NCBI GenBank assembly: GCA_947627495.1
Contig: CANQWH010000001.1
Coordinates: 5,332 to 69,331, forward strand
DNA from: an uncultured Clostridia bacterium
GTDB lineage: Bacteria; Bacillota; Clostridia; TANB77; CAG-508
Direction: 5' to 3'
Length of the DNA: 64,000 nt
Shown: positions 1 to 10,642 of the stretch, piece by piece
Layout of the letters: each line of letters starts with the position of its first letter
How positions within the stretch are numbered: the stretch's first letter is position 1
Position numbers and translations under genes: made by a program
Notes under the pieces: generated by a model
What the model saw: only the letters and a program-made list of their open reading frames with translations
What the model was told of the DNA's origin: nothing
Database searches by the model: none

Positions 1-515
1 AAAAATTTTAAATCTTTTAATGGATTTAATTCGTTTTGTAAATTTTCAACTGCTGCATCAACTTTAGAAGGTGCAAGTTTATCTGCTTTATTTGCAAGTA
101 CAATGCAAGGAAAACCAGTATTTATAATATAGTTATACATCATAACATCATTTTCAGTAGGAGAGTGGCGAATATCTATTAAAAATATAATTAATGCAAT
201 TTGATTTCTTGTAGAAAGATAATGTTCAATAAATTCTCCAACACGAATTTGCTCTTCTTTAGACATCTTACTAAAACCAAAACCAGGTAAATCCACAAAA
301 TAGAAATTGTTATCTATGTTATAAAAGTTAATTTGCCTAGTTTTTCCTGGTTCACTACTAGTTCTAGCTAAATTTTTTCTATTAACCATTGTATTTATAA
401 AAGAAGATTTACCAACATTGGACTTACCAACTAAAACAATTTCTGGCAAATTTGTTTTAGGGTACTGTTTTTCAGAAACAGCTGAAATTGCAAAATTGGG
501 ATTTTTAACTATCAT
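1..515 (-). CDS. engB: Ribosome biogenesis GTP-binding protein EngB/YsxC. The 3' end of the gene runs off the window; the N-terminal ~171 aa are present.
   Basis: Reverse-strand translation MIVKNPNFAISAVSEKQYPKTNLPEIVLVGKSNVGKSSFINTM... has a G1 P-loop and DLPGFG motif. RBS aaaggtg-like lies upstream of the ATG at 513-515(-). Confidence 0.8.
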   Translation of the reverse strand, partial: MIVKNPNFAISAVSEKQYPKTNLPEIVLVGKSNVGKSSFINTMVNRKNLARTSSEPGKTRQINFYNIDNNFYFVDLPGFGFSKMSKEEQIRVGEFIEHYLSTRNQIALIIFLIDIRHSPTENDVMMYNYIINTGFPCIVLANKADKLAPSKVDAAVENLQNELNPLKDLKF

Positions 516-550
516 ATATATTTCTCCTAACTGTAGCATTGGTTTATAAT

Positions 551-716
551 AAAAATTCTTTAGTTCGTTTGTCTAACATCCAGTTCGCAGAAGTTCTATG
601 TATCTTTTTTGGCACCCTTTCAAAGTAAATTTGAACTATTTCCAAAAAATCTACTTAGAACTTCTTGCTCCTTTCGTTAGAACCACTTCACTTGCAGAAT
701 TTTTATTATAAACCAA
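551..716. repeat. Interspersed repeat family B copy 1 (~165 bp), an imperfect long hairpin bounded by ATAAAAATTC / GAATTTTTAT inverted ends.
   Basis: Near-identical to 20201-20360 and 45621-45805. The first half is repeated in inverse orientation at 12730-12815. Confidence 0.85.
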
Positions 717-748
717 TGCTACTATATAAATATTAATTATATTTAATA

Positions 749-2032
749 TTAATTTATACCAATTACAGTTTTTCCGCCCATATAAGGTCTTAAAGCCTCC
801 GGTATTCTTATGCTACCATCAGCATTGTAGTTATTTTCTAAGAAAGCTATAAGCATACGAGGAGGAGCAACAACTGTATTATTTAAAGTATGTGCAAAAT
901 AATTTCCTTTTTCACCTTTTATACGAATACCTAAACGTCTACTTTGTGCATCTGTTAAATTTGAGCAACTTCCAACTTCAAAATATTTCTTTTGACGAGG
1001 AGACCATGCTTCAACATCACAAGATTTTGCCTTTAAATCTGCTAAATCTCCAGAGCAACATTCAAGAGTACGAACAGGAATATCTAAACTTCTAAATAAT
1101 TCTACTGTATAATTCCACATTTTATTATACCAATCGTAGCTTTCTTCAGGCTCGCAAACAACTATCATTTCTTGTTTCTCAAATTGATGTATTCTATAAA
1201 CACCACGTTCCTCAATGCCATGCGCACCTTTTTCTTTTCTAAAACATGGAGAATAAGATGTCATAGTGTATGGAAGATTTTGTTTTTGTAATATTTGATC
1301 TTTAAATTTACCAATCATTGAATGTTCACTTGTACCAATTAAATATAAATCTTCACCTTCAATTTTATACATCATAGCATCCATTTCTTCAAAACTCATA
1401 ACGCCAGTTACAACATCACTTCTAATCATAAAAGGAGGGATGCAATAAGTAAATCCTTTATTAATCATAAAATCACGAGCATAACTAATAACTGCAGAGT
1501 GAAGGCGTGCAATATCTCCAATTAAATAATAAAAACCATTACCAGCAACTCTACGAGCAGAGTCTAAATCTATACCAGATAGCTTTTCCATAATTTCTGT
1601 ATGGTAAGGAATTTCATAATCTGGAACAACAGGTTCACCGTATTTTTGAACTTCAACATTTTCAGAATCATCTTTTCCAATAGGAACAGATGCATCTATA
1701 ATGTTTGGAATTTTCATCATAATTTCTTTAACTTGTGTCTCTAATTCTTGCTCTAATTTTTCATTATCAACTAATTCTTGATTTATTTCATTTACTTTTG
1801 CTTTTATTTTATCTGCTTCCTCACGATTTCCACTTCTCATTAAATTACCAATTTGGCTACTTAAAGAATTTCTGCTAGAACGTAATTCATCGCCTTTAAG
1901 TTTAACTTCACGATTTTTCTTATCTAATTCTAAAACTTTATCAACTAATTCTAATTTATGGTCTTGAAATTTCTTTTTAATATTTTCTTTAACCATTTCT
2001 GGATTTTCTCTAATTAATTTAATATCAATCAT
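749..2032 (-). CDS. serS: Seryl-tRNA synthetase
   Basis: A 440-aa ORF with class II aaRS motifs and an N-terminal coiled-coil arm. The start is placed at MIDIKLIREN (the ORF extends to 2071, but the RBS agaaaggaa fits the internal ATG). Confidence 0.93.
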   Translation of the reverse strand: MIDIKLIRENPEMVKENIKKKFQDHKLELVDKVLELDKKNREVKLKGDELRSSRNSLSSQIGNLMRSGNREEADKIKAKVNEINQELVDNEKLEQELETQVKEIMMKIPNIIDASVPIGKDDSENVEVQKYGEPVVPDYEIPYHTEIMEKLSGIDLDSARRVAGNGFYYLIGDIARLHSAVISYARDFMINKGFTYCIPPFMIRSDVVTGVMSFEEMDAMMYKIEGEDLYLIGTSEHSMIGKFKDQILQKQNLPYTMTSYSPCFRKEKGAHGIEERGVYRIHQFEKQEMIVVCEPEESYDWYNKMWNYTVELFRSLDIPVRTLECCSGDLADLKAKSCDVEAWSPRQKKYFEVGSCSNLTDAQSRRLGIRIKGEKGNYFAHTLNNTVVAPPRMLIAFLENNYNADGSIRIPEALRPYMGGKTVIGIN

Positions 2033-2171
2033 TAAAATTCTCATTCCTTTCTCTTGGTAAGATTTTTTCAACCCTCCAAAGTATTTTACTATAATTTAAT
2101 AAAATTTGCAATAATTTTTCAGCTATTAACATAAAAAATGTAACTTCTTTTGAGTTCAAAAATTTAATCCC

Positions 2172-2298
2172 AAATAGCCAAACGCAGGAGTGATATATTT
2201 AGAACAAATTGAAGACTCCCGAAAAGCATCGAAGGCAATGACAAACGTGGGTTCAGTTTGTAAAAAATATATAACTCCTTTCGAGTTTGGCGGACTTT
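2172..2298. repeat. Interspersed repeat family A copy, core variant 1 (GC-rich palindromic core gaagactcccgaaaagcatcgaaggcaatgacaaacgtgggttca).
   Basis: Termini agccaaacgcaggag ... cgagtttggcggacttt are shared with 10 other copies in the window. Confidence 0.85.
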
Positions 2299-2418
2299 AA
2301 TAGTACAAAATAAGAAAAAATTTTACAAAAATATATTGCAAAACGAATAGTTATAATACAAAATAAAATTATAGAATAAAGAGAGAAAAAAGTATAAAAG
2401 AAAAGATGGTGAAAAAGA

Positions 2419-2447
2419 ATTGAAATTTGGTTTAAATTGTGATATAG
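2419..2447 (+). promoter_or_regulatory. Putative sigma-A promoter TTGAAA-17-TATAGT with a TGn extension, upstream of the M50 protease gene.
   Basis: Hexamer match and spacing are read from the sequence. Confidence 0.4.
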
Positions 2448-2486
2448 TTTTTATTACATATTATTTGTATAGAAAGGGAAGATAAA

Positions 2487-3200
2487 ATGTTTAATTTTGA
2501 TAGAAGAACACTATATATTATATTAGGAGCAATGGTATTAATGAATGTGCTAAATGGAGGGAGGTCAATAGAAGGATTAATATATTCATTGCCAGGTGTA
2601 ATAGTAGCAATGACATTCCACGAATTTGCACATGCTTGGGCAGCTACTAAATTAGGAGATGATACACCTAGACTACAAGGTAGACTAAATTTAAATCCAA
2701 TGAGCCATATAGATCCAGTAGGGATAGTTTGTTTAGCATTATTGGGATTTGGATGGGGAAAACCTGTACAAATAAATTCTAGAAATTTTAATGGAAAGTA
2801 TTCTTTATCAAAGGCAGAGGCAATAGTTTCTGCTGCAGGACCAATTATGAATTTTATAATTGCATTCTTATTTGTTGTAATTTATGCGATAATGGCTATT
2901 ACAGTAAGAACTATAACAAGACCTATTATAATATTACAAACAATAATATCATCAATAATATTAGTAAACCTAGGCCTAGGAGTATTTAACTTAATCCCAA
3001 TATATCCACTAGATGGTTCAAAAGTATTAAATCATTTTTTACCATATAAAGCTAAAGAGTGGTTTGAAAACAATCAATTTATACTATCTATTATTGTATT
3101 TATATTAGTATTTGGAACAAATATAATATCATATATTTCAGCATGGATATTGACTGGAATGGAATATTTAGTAGGATTAGTAATAGGAATTTTTATTTAA
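2487..3200 (+). CDS. Site-2 protease family (peptidase M50) integral membrane zinc metalloprotease
   Basis: HEFAHAW (HExxH) in a TM helix, an LDGSKVL motif and multiple hydrophobic segments. Confidence 0.8.
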   Translation: MFNFDRRTLYIILGAMVLMNVLNGGRSIEGLIYSLPGVIVAMTFHEFAHAWAATKLGDDTPRLQGRLNLNPMSHIDPVGIVCLALLGFGWGKPVQINSRNFNGKYSLSKAEAIVSAAGPIMNFIIAFLFVVIYAIMAITVRTITRPIIILQTIISSIILVNLGLGVFNLIPIYPLDGSKVLNHFLPYKAKEWFENNQFILSIIVFILVFGTNIISYISAWILTGMEYLVGLVIGIFI

Positions 3201-3347
3201 AATTTTATAAATTAGATATACACTTAAAAAATTAGAGTTTTTGTCTAACTTTTTAAGTGTATTTTTTGCAAAAGAATAAAAAATATATATTGACAAAAAA
3301 ATGAGTATAATATAGAATATATGAAGAAAATACTAAGGAGATAAAAA

Positions 3348-4868
3348 TTGGAAAAAGATAAATTTATTTCAAAATTTAATATAAAAGATTATAATAATCA
3401 ATTAGAAAAAATTTTATCTAAAAAGACTTTTTCTGAAGATACTAAAAACTTATTATTAAGTATGTTATATAAAGTAGAAAATGCATATGATGATTATAAT
3501 TTAGTAACACAAGATGCAAAAACAAAAAGAGAAATACTAGAAGAAATATTAGAAATAATAGAGAAAGATTGTGACAAAATAGATGTTATTAAAGAACAAA
3601 AAAGTAGCAGTAATATAAAAGAAAAAAAGATTATAACATATTTAAATGCTAGAAAAATGTTATATGAGATATATCAAATAAAAACTTTAAAGTTTAAAAT
3701 TCTGGAACAATACAATATAATAAAAAATTCTTTAGAACTAACACTAAATCAAGGCTATAGTATAGCTTCTAATGAAATAATTAGAGACTTCGATGGTTGG
3801 ACTTGGAACATAGAAGTACAAGAGATAGAAAATTTAAAAGCAAATTTAGTATATCAAACATTAAAAATATTAGTAGGGCATCAGTTTTTAGATGAATGGC
3901 AGAAGAGCAAAGATGATGATGATTATATCATAAATTTACAAGATAAATTGAAAGAAAAGTATGAAGATGAATTAGCAAAAGAATTATTTAAAGTGATAAA
4001 TCAAATAGCATTGCTAAATTCTATAGAAGCTGATAATAGTGAAAAAGATATATTACTAAATAAGCAAGAAATATTGCAAACTGAATATGATAAATTAGTT
4101 AATAAAAAGAAATATCTAGAAGAATTGGGAACAAAGAAAAAACAAATAGTAAAAGAAATAAAAAAAATAGATCAGATTATATGTAGTGATAGAATATTAA
4201 AAGAAGAATTTATTTCAAGAAATGAAAAGTTAGATATGGATCATAGAATATTTAGCTTAAGTGATTTTGTAGATTTATTAGAAGAAGATAGAAGTAATCT
4301 AATAGAAAAATTAAATATGTTTAGTAAAATGATGGAACCTTTAATATTTATAAAAACAAAAACTGAAGTAGAAAATAAATTACAATTAATTAAGGAATTA
4401 GACTTGCAAAATCTAAATCAAAAGATATATAATACAAAAGTAAAAGAATTAGTACAATTAGTATTTAAAGCGATAAAGATACAAATAGATAATGCAGTTG
4501 AAAAAGAAGATATAAAAAAGATAATATATAAAATTAGATATTATACTTCAATATATGTAGATAAAAACAAACAAATAAAGGATATAGTAAATACGGATAA
4601 TATACAAAAAGAAGCGGTAACAAAGGCATGTAAGCAAAGATATATAACAATATTTAGCCCAGACATAAAAGAAAATTACAAAATAATAAAAAACATATTT
4701 CAAACAGACATAATAGAATTAGAAAAAATATATTTTAAGTTTACACCTCAAGTAGATGGAATTGACTTAACTATGTATGATGAAGAAAGTACTTATAAAA
4801 TAGTTAAATATAAGGAAATAAAAGAACTAAATGTTAAGTTTAACAAAAAAATAAAAGTTTTTATTTAG
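3348..4868 (+). CDS. Hypothetical K/E-rich 506-aa protein with a TTG start and no recognisable domain.
   Basis: A long ORF with AAGGAG RBS 7 nt upstream of TTG. Composition is low-complexity and coiled-coil-like. Confidence 0.5.
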   Translation: MEKDKFISKFNIKDYNNQLEKILSKKTFSEDTKNLLLSMLYKVENAYDDYNLVTQDAKTKREILEEILEIIEKDCDKIDVIKEQKSSSNIKEKKIITYLNARKMLYEIYQIKTLKFKILEQYNIIKNSLELTLNQGYSIASNEIIRDFDGWTWNIEVQEIENLKANLVYQTLKILVGHQFLDEWQKSKDDDDYIINLQDKLKEKYEDELAKELFKVINQIALLNSIEADNSEKDILLNKQEILQTEYDKLVNKKKYLEELGTKKKQIVKEIKKIDQIICSDRILKEEFISRNEKLDMDHRIFSLSDFVDLLEEDRSNLIEKLNMFSKMMEPLIFIKTKTEVENKLQLIKELDLQNLNQKIYNTKVKELVQLVFKAIKIQIDNAVEKEDIKKIIYKIRYYTSIYVDKNKQIKDIVNTDNIQKEAVTKACKQRYITIFSPDIKENYKIIKNIFQTDIIELEKIYFKFTPQVDGIDLTMYDEESTYKIVKYKEIKELNVKFNKKIKVFI

Positions 4869-4907
4869 GTTGAAAATTAAAGCCATGATTAAGAGAGGAA
4901 GGTATTT

Positions 4908-6551
4908 ATGAATATTACATTCTTAGGTGCAACAAAAACGGTTACAGGCTCTAACTTTTTACTAGAAGGAGCAGGAAAAAAAATAATAATAGATTGTGGA
5001 TTATATCAAGGAAAAGCAAAAGAGGAAAGGGAAAATTATACAGACTTTGCGTATGATGTAAATGATATAGACTTTATGTTACTTACGCATGCACATATAG
5101 ACCATTCAGGCAGAATACCAAAGTTATATGTAGATGGTTATAGAGGTCCAATTTATGCAACAAAGGCAACATGTGATTTATGTGCAATAATGCTACCAGA
5201 CAGTGGACATATTCAAGAAATGGAAAATGTGTGGCAAAATAAAAAAAGAACAAGGGTAGGGAAAAAAGAACTTCCACCGCTATATACAGCACAAGATGCT
5301 GTAGATTGTTTAGAATTATTTAAACCAGTTTCATATGATGAAATAATTGAATTAGATGAAAATATAAGTGTAAGATTTAATGATGCAGGTCATATGTTAG
5401 GGTCAAGCATAATAGAAGTATGGGTTAAAGAAAATGGAGAAACTAAAAAAATAGTATTTACCGGAGATTTAGGAAATAATGATATACCATTATTAGACTC
5501 ACCAACAATGATAGATAATACAGACTATTTAGTAATGGAATCAACATATGGAGCAAGACTTCATAATAGAAATGATGATAAAGCTGAAATGTTTTTAAAT
5601 ATAGTTGCAGAAACTTTAGATAAAGGTGGAAATGTAATAATTCCATCATTTGCAGTAGGAAGAACCCAAGAAATTTTATATGAGCTAAATAAATTAAAAG
5701 AGGTAAGAACAGATGAAGAATTCTTGAAAAAATACGAAACTTTAATGAAAGCACCAGTATATGTAGATAGTCCTCTTGCAATATCTGCAACAGAAGTATT
5801 CAATCAAAATATGGATTTATTTGAAGAAGAAGTAAGAGAAGAGATAAAGAATGGAGATAATCCATTAGAATTTCCAGGGCTACAATTTACAAGAACTCCA
5901 GATGAATCAAGAGCATTAAATGATGATCCACATCCACATATAATAATATCTGCAAGCGGAATGTGTGAAGTAGGACGTATAAAACATCATTTAAAACATA
6001 ATTTATGGAATCCAAATAATACAATACTTTTTGTTGGATATCAAGCACCAGGAACTTTAGGAGCAAAAATTGTATCAGGTGAAAAAAAAGTAAAAATTTT
6101 TGGTGAAGAGATTGCAGTAAATGCTAGAATTGAATATATTGAAGGGTATTCAGGTCATGCTGATCAAGAATGGTTATTAAATTTTGTATATTCATTCATA
6201 ACAAAGCCAAAACATATATTTCTAGTACATGGTGAACCAGAAGGACAAAAGGTATTAAAAGAGAAATTAGTTGAAACAACGAATATTCCAGTTACAATAC
6301 CAGATTATGGAGAAAGTTACAAATTAGAAGAAACTATTAAGGTAGTATCAAAATTAGATGATAATTATAAATATAGATTCTTAAGATTAGAAGTAATAGA
6401 TAGATTATCAACATTAAAAGAAGAGTTAGACGAAATGTCTGATATAATAAAAGAAGATATATTTGATGAAGATACTCAAGATGAACAAATAGAAGAAATA
6501 AACAATAAAATTAAAGAATTAGAGCAACAAATAGTTAAAGTTATATCATAG
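4908..6551 (+). CDS. MBL-fold beta-CASP family ribonuclease (CPSF73/RNase J-like)
   Basis: An HAHIDHSG (HxHxDH) motif with downstream beta-CASP-like motifs. Total length is 547 aa. Confidence 0.65.
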   Translation: MNITFLGATKTVTGSNFLLEGAGKKIIIDCGLYQGKAKEERENYTDFAYDVNDIDFMLLTHAHIDHSGRIPKLYVDGYRGPIYATKATCDLCAIMLPDSGHIQEMENVWQNKKRTRVGKKELPPLYTAQDAVDCLELFKPVSYDEIIELDENISVRFNDAGHMLGSSIIEVWVKENGETKKIVFTGDLGNNDIPLLDSPTMIDNTDYLVMESTYGARLHNRNDDKAEMFLNIVAETLDKGGNVIIPSFAVGRTQEILYELNKLKEVRTDEEFLKKYETLMKAPVYVDSPLAISATEVFNQNMDLFEEEVREEIKNGDNPLEFPGLQFTRTPDESRALNDDPHPHIIISASGMCEVGRIKHHLKHNLWNPNNTILFVGYQAPGTLGAKIVSGEKKVKIFGEEIAVNARIEYIEGYSGHADQEWLLNFVYSFITKPKHIFLVHGEPEGQKVLKEKLVETTNIPVTIPDYGESYKLEETIKVVSKLDDNYKYRFLRLEVIDRLSTLKEELDEMSDIIKEDIFDEDTQDEQIEEINNKIKELEQQIVKVIS

Positions 6552-6566
6552 GAAAGGAAAAAAACA

Positions 6567-8462
6567 ATGGACAAATATTTTAATGATGCAATAATAGGAA
6601 ATCAAAATATAGTAGCAAGTTATACAAAACAGGGAGAGCTATTAAGGATATTTTATCCTAACAGAGACTACAAACAAATAATAGATTTTTTTCATGTAGG
6701 ATTAAAAATAAATGATTCAGGGATAGTATATTTACATCAAGATATAAATAATATTTATGAACAACACTATGAGGAAGAAACAAATATATTAAATACAGAA
6801 ATACTAAACACATATTTTAACTTAAGAGTAATACAAACAGATTATGTGTCAATTAAAGAAAATATTATAGTAAAAAAATACAAATTTATTAATGAAAGCA
6901 GTATTGATTTGAATTTAAACCTAATAACACATTCAGGTTTAATATCTTCACCCAATAATAGAGTGAGTGGATTATGTAAAAATAGTACATTAATGCAATA
7001 TAATCATGAATATACTGTATGTACATTTTCAAAACAACAAATAATGAGCTCACAAATAAATAATACAAAAGCAAATATTAATGATGGTCAAATTTGGGAT
7101 AAAGATTATGTTGGAATGTCTGCTGATTCTAGCATAAGCTATGATTTAGGTGTAATAAAACCACATGAATCAGAAACCTTTGAACTATATATATATATTG
7201 ATGATAACAAAAATGGTTTAGATTATTTAGAAAAAACAATAGAAAGAATAAGAAAAATAGATTTTAGAGTAGAATATGAAGATGCAAAAAAATATTGGAA
7301 AAAATACTTAAAAACACATGATACATTAAACCTAAATTTAGCAGAAACACCAAAAAACAATAGAATAAAAGAAATATATGTAAGAACAATATTATTATAT
7401 TCATTACTCGTAAATAATGAAACTGGTGGAATTTCAGCGGCAGTTGAAATAGATGAAAATTTAAGTCAATCAGGTGGATACGATTATTGTTGGCCAAGAG
7501 ATGCAGTATTTATAACCTATGCAATGGATATATTAAATATGAAAAAAGAAGTAGAAAAATTTTATAAACATTTCTGTAAAAATACACAAAGTAGAAATGG
7601 AATGTGGGAACAGCGTTTCTTTACAGATGGAAGATTAGCACCATGTTGGGGTTATCAAATAGATGAAACAGCCTCTGTAGTATTTGGTTTATATAATCAT
7701 TATTTGCAAATAAAAGACAAAAAGTTCTTAAAAGATAATTTAAAAATGTGTGAAAAGGCAATAACATTTTTAAAAAAATATATAGAAGATATATTTAACG
7801 AAAATTCAAAAATGCAAGTAAGTTATGATATATGGGAAATGCATGAAGGAATAAGTTTGTACTCAATAGCAAGCATATTTGCAGCAAATACAGCCATGAT
7901 AAAAATATATGAAGAACTAAAAGAAGAATTTACAAAAAATAGAGTAAAACAAGAAAATGTAAATAAAGAAAAAGAAAATTTAAGAGAATTAAATACTAAA
8001 ATAAGAGAATACATATTAAAAAATTTCTATGATGAAAATAAGAAAAGTTTTGTTAGAAATTTAGAAGATAAAAATATGGATATAAGTATTTTAGGAGCTG
8101 TAATACCATTTGAAATATTTACAGTAAAAGAAAAGAAAATATTAAATACAATTGAAAGAATAAATATGACATTAAGAACATACACAGGTGGTTATACAAG
8201 ATTTGAACAAGACCATTATATGGGAGGAAAGCCTTGGGTAATAGCAACATTGTGGATGGCGAATTATTATATAGAATTAGGCGAAGAACAAAAAGCAAAA
8301 GAATGTTTTGATTTTGTTATAAAAACAAGTACCAAACATGGATTCCTTGCTGAACAAATAAATAATGAAACATTAGAACCAGCATGGGTAATAGGATTAG
8401 GTTGGTCACATGCCATGTTCATAATAGTTTTAAAGAAGATGTTAGATAAAGGTTGTATATAA
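6567..8462 (+). CDS. Glycoside hydrolase family 15 (glucoamylase / glucodextranase-like)
   Basis: WPRDA motif (GGYDYCWPRDAVFI), an (alpha/alpha)6-barrel-like C-terminal half and a total length of 631 aa. Confidence 0.8.
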   Translation: MDKYFNDAIIGNQNIVASYTKQGELLRIFYPNRDYKQIIDFFHVGLKINDSGIVYLHQDINNIYEQHYEEETNILNTEILNTYFNLRVIQTDYVSIKENIIVKKYKFINESSIDLNLNLITHSGLISSPNNRVSGLCKNSTLMQYNHEYTVCTFSKQQIMSSQINNTKANINDGQIWDKDYVGMSADSSISYDLGVIKPHESETFELYIYIDDNKNGLDYLEKTIERIRKIDFRVEYEDAKKYWKKYLKTHDTLNLNLAETPKNNRIKEIYVRTILLYSLLVNNETGGISAAVEIDENLSQSGGYDYCWPRDAVFITYAMDILNMKKEVEKFYKHFCKNTQSRNGMWEQRFFTDGRLAPCWGYQIDETASVVFGLYNHYLQIKDKKFLKDNLKMCEKAITFLKKYIEDIFNENSKMQVSYDIWEMHEGISLYSIASIFAANTAMIKIYEELKEEFTKNRVKQENVNKEKENLRELNTKIREYILKNFYDENKKSFVRNLEDKNMDISILGAVIPFEIFTVKEKKILNTIERINMTLRTYTGGYTRFEQDHYMGGKPWVIATLWMANYYIELGEEQKAKECFDFVIKTSTKHGFLAEQINNETLEPAWVIGLGWSHAMFIIVLKKMLDKGCI

Positions 8463-8547
8463 GGTTACATATGGTTGCTTTGTGCATATAATGGGTAGTA
8501 AATTGCAACAACCAAACTTGGTGCCTAAAAAAAAATGGAGCAAAGTA

Positions 8548-8576
8548 TTGACATTGCTCTATTTTTTTGGTATAAT
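8548..8576 (+). promoter_or_regulatory. Consensus sigma-A promoter TTGACA-17-TATAAT upstream of rpsB, followed by a 117-nt leader.
   Basis: An exact hexamer match with 17-bp spacing. Confidence 0.6.
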
Positions 8577-8693
8577 TTACAAGTTGAAAAATACGCACGC
8601 AAGATTTAGTGTAAGGTTGTGCTTAAAATAAATTTTAAGTGTCCTTAAATGCAAAGAGATTTTGCGGAGGAAAATAACAAGGAGGAATGAAAA

Positions 8694-9473
8694 ATGGCAG
8701 TAGTTGCAATGAAACAATTACTTGAAGCAGGTGTACACTTTGGACACCAAACAAAAAGATGGGATCCTAAAATGGCTGAATATATTTATCAAGCTAGAAA
8801 TGGTATCCATATAATTGATTTACAAAAAACATCTAAAAAGATTGATGAAGCTTATGCATTCATTAAGGAAATCGCAGAGGAAGGTCAAGATATCCTATTT
8901 ATAGGAACAAAAAAACAAGCACAAGAATGTGTAAAAGAAGCAGCTGAAAAAAGCGGTATGTTCTATGTTGACCAAAGATGGTTAGGTGGAATGCTTACAA
9001 ACTTTAAAACAATTAGAACAAGAATTGAAAGACTAAAAAAATTAGAAGCAATGCAAGAAGATGGAACATTTGATGTTCTACCTAAAAAAGAAGTAGCAGC
9101 ATTAAAAAATGAAATGGAAAAACTAGAAAAGAACTTAGGTGGAATTAAAGAAATGACAAAACTACCAGGAGCAATATTTGTAGTAGATCCAAAAAATGAA
9201 AGAATAGCTGTTTTAGAAGCTAAAAAATTAGGAATACCAGTTGTAGGATTAGTAGATACAAACTGTAGTCCAGTTGATGTAGATTATCCAATTCCAGGAA
9301 ATGATGATGCAATTAGAGCAGTAAAATTAATTACAGATGTAATGGCAAATGCAATTATAGAAGGAAAACAAGGAGAAATATTAGAAGATAATACAAATAC
9401 TGAAAATGCAGAACAAGCTTCTGAAGAAGCACCAACAGACATGGAAGAAGTAGTTGCTGAAAGTGCTGAATAA
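8694..9473 (+). CDS. rpsB: 30S ribosomal protein S2
   Basis: [27 protein letters not shown] with a strong RBS. Confidence 0.97.
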   Translation: MAVVAMKQLLEAGVHFGHQTKRWDPKMAEYIYQARNGIHIIDLQKTSKKIDEAYAFIKEIAEEGQDILFIGTKKQAQECVKEAAEKSGMFYVDQRWLGGMLTNFKTIRTRIERLKKLEAMQEDGTFDVLPKKEVAALKNEMEKLEKNLGGIKEMTKLPGAIFVVDPKNERIAVLEAKKLGIPVVGLVDTNCSPVDVDYPIPGNDDAIRAVKLITDVMANAIIEGKQGEILEDNTNTENAEQASEEAPTDMEEVVAESAE

Positions 9474-9478
9474 TATAT

Positions 9479-9499
9479 AGGCACGATAAAAACGTGCCT
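9479..9499 (+). terminator. Stem-loop aggcacg...cgtgcct between rpsB and tsf, either an attenuator or a weak terminator with no U-tract.
   Basis: A 7-bp perfect stem. Confidence 0.35.
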
Positions 9500-9573
9500 A
9501 ACTGAATGTACAAAATAAGATAAATTAATATATAAAATGATATTATTCATTTATATAGATAGGAGGAAAATAG

Positions 9574-10452
9574 ATGATTACAGCAAGTTTAGTTAAAGAA
9601 TTAAGAGAAAAAACAGGTGCAGGAATGATGGACTGCAAAAAAGTTTTAACAGAAACAGATGGAGATATGGAAAAAGCAGCAGAGTTATTAAGAGAAAGAG
9701 GAATAACAAAAGCTGCTAAAAAGTCAGATAGAATTGCTGCAGAAGGTTTAGTATATTGCTATGTAGCAGATAACAATAAAACAGGTGTTGTATTAGAAGT
9801 TAATGCAGAAACAGACTTCGTTGCTAAAAATGAAGAATTTAGAAAATTCGTAGCAGATACAGCAGCTCATATATTAGCAAAAAATCCAGCATCAGTAGAA
9901 GAATTATTAGAACAAAAATCTGTTAATGATGAAAGCAAAACAATAAAAGATATTTTAACAGATAAAATTGCAACAATAGGTGAAAATATGACAATAAGAA
10001 GATTTGCAAGATATGAAACAAATGGATTAATTGAAACATATACACATGGTGATGGAAAAATAGGTGTTATGGTTGAATTTGCAAAAGGAACACCAGAAGT
10101 TGCAAAAGATGTATGTATGCAAATTGCAGCAGCAAGACCAGAATATTTAAATGAATCAGAAGTTCCAGCAGATGTTGTAAATCATGAAATGGAAATATTA
10201 AAAGCACAAGCTATGAATGAAGGAAAACCAGCTGAAATAGCAGAGAAAATGGTAAAAGGTAGAATAGGAAAATTCTATGGTGAAGTTTGCTTAGTAGACC
10301 AACCATTTGTAAAAAATCCAGATATAAAAGTAAAAGACTTATTAAATCAAAATGGAGCAGAAATAGTAAAATTTGTAAGATTTGAAAAAGGTGAAGGTTT
10401 ACAAAAAAGAGAAGAAAACTTCGCAGAAGAAGTTGCAAAACAAATTAAGTAA
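9574..10452 (+). CDS. tsf: Elongation factor Ts
   Basis: MITASLVKELREKTGAGMMDCKK with a UBA-like N-terminus and a total length of 292 aa. Confidence 0.97.
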   Translation: MITASLVKELREKTGAGMMDCKKVLTETDGDMEKAAELLRERGITKAAKKSDRIAAEGLVYCYVADNNKTGVVLEVNAETDFVAKNEEFRKFVADTAAHILAKNPASVEELLEQKSVNDESKTIKDILTDKIATIGENMTIRRFARYETNGLIETYTHGDGKIGVMVEFAKGTPEVAKDVCMQIAAARPEYLNESEVPADVVNHEMEILKAQAMNEGKPAEIAEKMVKGRIGKFYGEVCLVDQPFVKNPDIKVKDLLNQNGAEIVKFVRFEKGEGLQKREENFAEEVAKQIK

Positions 10453-10481
10453 TTTATTAAAATAATGACTTAAGATACTTT

Positions 10482-10502
10482 AGGCAGGCAAAAGACCTGC
10501 CT
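10482..10502. terminator. GC stem-loop aggcagg-caaaagac-ctgcct after tsf, with a weak U-tract.
   Basis: An 8-bp stem. Confidence 0.4.
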
Positions 10503-10642
10503 AAAAATATGTTGTAGTATTTTGTTATGTAAAATGATGAGAAACATAGAATTATACTATGATGAAAGTATAAGAATAAAAGAGAATAAGTTTATATATT
10601 AAAAGTACAAGTTTAAACATTGGAAAAGGAATGATATTAGAA

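Noticed and set aside
892-1095. Numerous 60-135 aa ORFs on the strand opposite large genes (for example 892-1095, 5458-5790, 15658-16065, 43459-43863, 55285-55542)
   Set aside because: These are Leu/Phe/Ile/Tyr-rich low-complexity translations typical of antisense frames of AT-rich coding DNA. They lack RBSs and lie fully inside well-supported genes.
2033-2486. Possible T-box riboswitch leader upstream of serS (minus strand)
   Set aside because: There is no match to the conserved T-box sequence (AANNNGGGTGGNACCGCG, i.e. CGCGGTNCCACCC on the plus strand) anywhere in the 450-bp upstream region. The region instead contains a family A repeat copy.
9574-10630. Missing pyrH-frr after rpsB-tsf as a sign of rearrangement or a mobile insertion
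   Set aside because: tsf is followed by a hairpin and then typA, with no repeat or mobile gene at the junction. Gene order simply differs from the Bacillus paradigm, so this is not informative on its own.
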